From the NCBI GenBank assembly GCA_001244265.2, contig CDLV01000009.1:1116001-1180000 (forward strand): a DNA stretch of 64,000 nucleotides, read 5' to 3'. Source of the DNA: Microbotryum violaceum (taxonomy: Eukaryota). Positions 63,501 through 64,000 of this stretch are shown one piece after another. The notes beneath the pieces are model-generated. The model ran no database searches and had not been told where the DNA came from. It worked only from the letters and a program-made list of their open reading frames with translations. The number at the start of each line of letters is the position of its first letter. Positions within the stretch are counted from its first letter, which is position 1. Made by a program: the position numbers and the translations under genes.

Positions 63501-64000
63501 ACGGCGGCCTCGCGCACGGACGTGACCTTGTCGGCGAACGTCTCGCTGACGATCTGCTGCATCAGCTTCTCAAAGAAGAAGGGCTCGACGGCGTTGCCGA
63601 CTCCCTGCTCGACGAGGATCGACAAGAGCTCGCATGCGCCCTCACGCGCGACGGCGTTCTTCTTGTCGTTGAGTCCCTTTTCGATCGCGTCGGCGAGGCC
63701 CAATCGGACGAACGCCTGCGGGCCTTCGATCTTGACGAGGTCGACGAGCTCGGTCGCGGCCTTCTCGCGCGCGGCGCGGTCGGGCGAGGACAAGACGGTG
63801 TGGATGTCGACCTGGACCTCATCGCCGGTCGCGACGTGGTGGCCTTCGGCCTTGACGGCGGCGGCGTCGATCTTGATCGGTGTCGAGACGGCGGGCGACT
63901 CGTTCTTGGACATGACGGCGGTGGGCATAAGGGTTGGGGGGAGTGGGTACGGTTAGGTAGGTGGCTTCCAAGACTGCGTGATCCGGGCAACGGAGATGAA
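60596..64000 (-). repeat. Right arm of the inverted repeat (continues to the window edge)
   Basis: Reverse complement of 53778-57180. Confidence 0.95.
60610..63928 (-). CDS. YEF3: Translation elongation factor eEF3, copy B (intact)
   Basis: HEAT region KWQVKTG...[33 protein letters not shown], ABC1 (GRNGTGKST, LSGGWKMK, LLDEPTNHLD), ABC2 (GPNGGGKST, LSGGQK, LDEPTNYLD) and a basic tail. Intron at 63291-63210. Confidence 0.97.

Noticed and set aside
53367-63956. Long antisense and alternative-frame ORFs over both eEF3 copies (e.g. 53367-54998 -, 60814-61920 +)
   Set aside because: Shadow ORFs expected from strong GC3 codon bias, with no recognisable motifs.
53778-64000. Inverted repeat as transposon terminal repeats or LTRs
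   Set aside because: The arms are eEF3 gene sequence with an intron. No transposase, integrase, reverse transcriptase or target-site duplication is visible.

Overview
Gene-dense, intron-rich fungal DNA. The intron signals (GT(G/C/A)AGT donors, CTRAC branch points, mostly 60-110 nt introns) and the protein content point to a basidiomycete yeast, probably Microbotryomycetes-like (inference). About 23 mostly housekeeping protein-coding genes are present. In order: a partial FMO-type monooxygenase, RIP1, a DNMT5-type C5 methyltransferase-SNF2 fusion, HAS1, AP-2 alpha (APL3), eIF2-alpha, ATG16, LYS4, malic enzyme, UTP15, RIX1, a hidden mitochondrial LEA-like gene, 14-3-3, an ERJ5-like DnaJ protein, SEH1, YSC84/LSB3, YCG1, two eEF3 copies and a chitin deacetylase, plus three orphan spliced genes. 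The most striking structure is a near-perfect inverted repeat of at least 3.4 kb per arm, made of two convergent eEF3 genes. It brackets a 3.4 kb spacer that carries one GPI-type chitin deacetylase gene. The left eEF3 copy differs from the right by two 1-nt deletions in C homopolymers. I found no tRNA, rRNA, CRISPR array or recognisable transposon. Gene boundaries were spliced by eye and are approximate.
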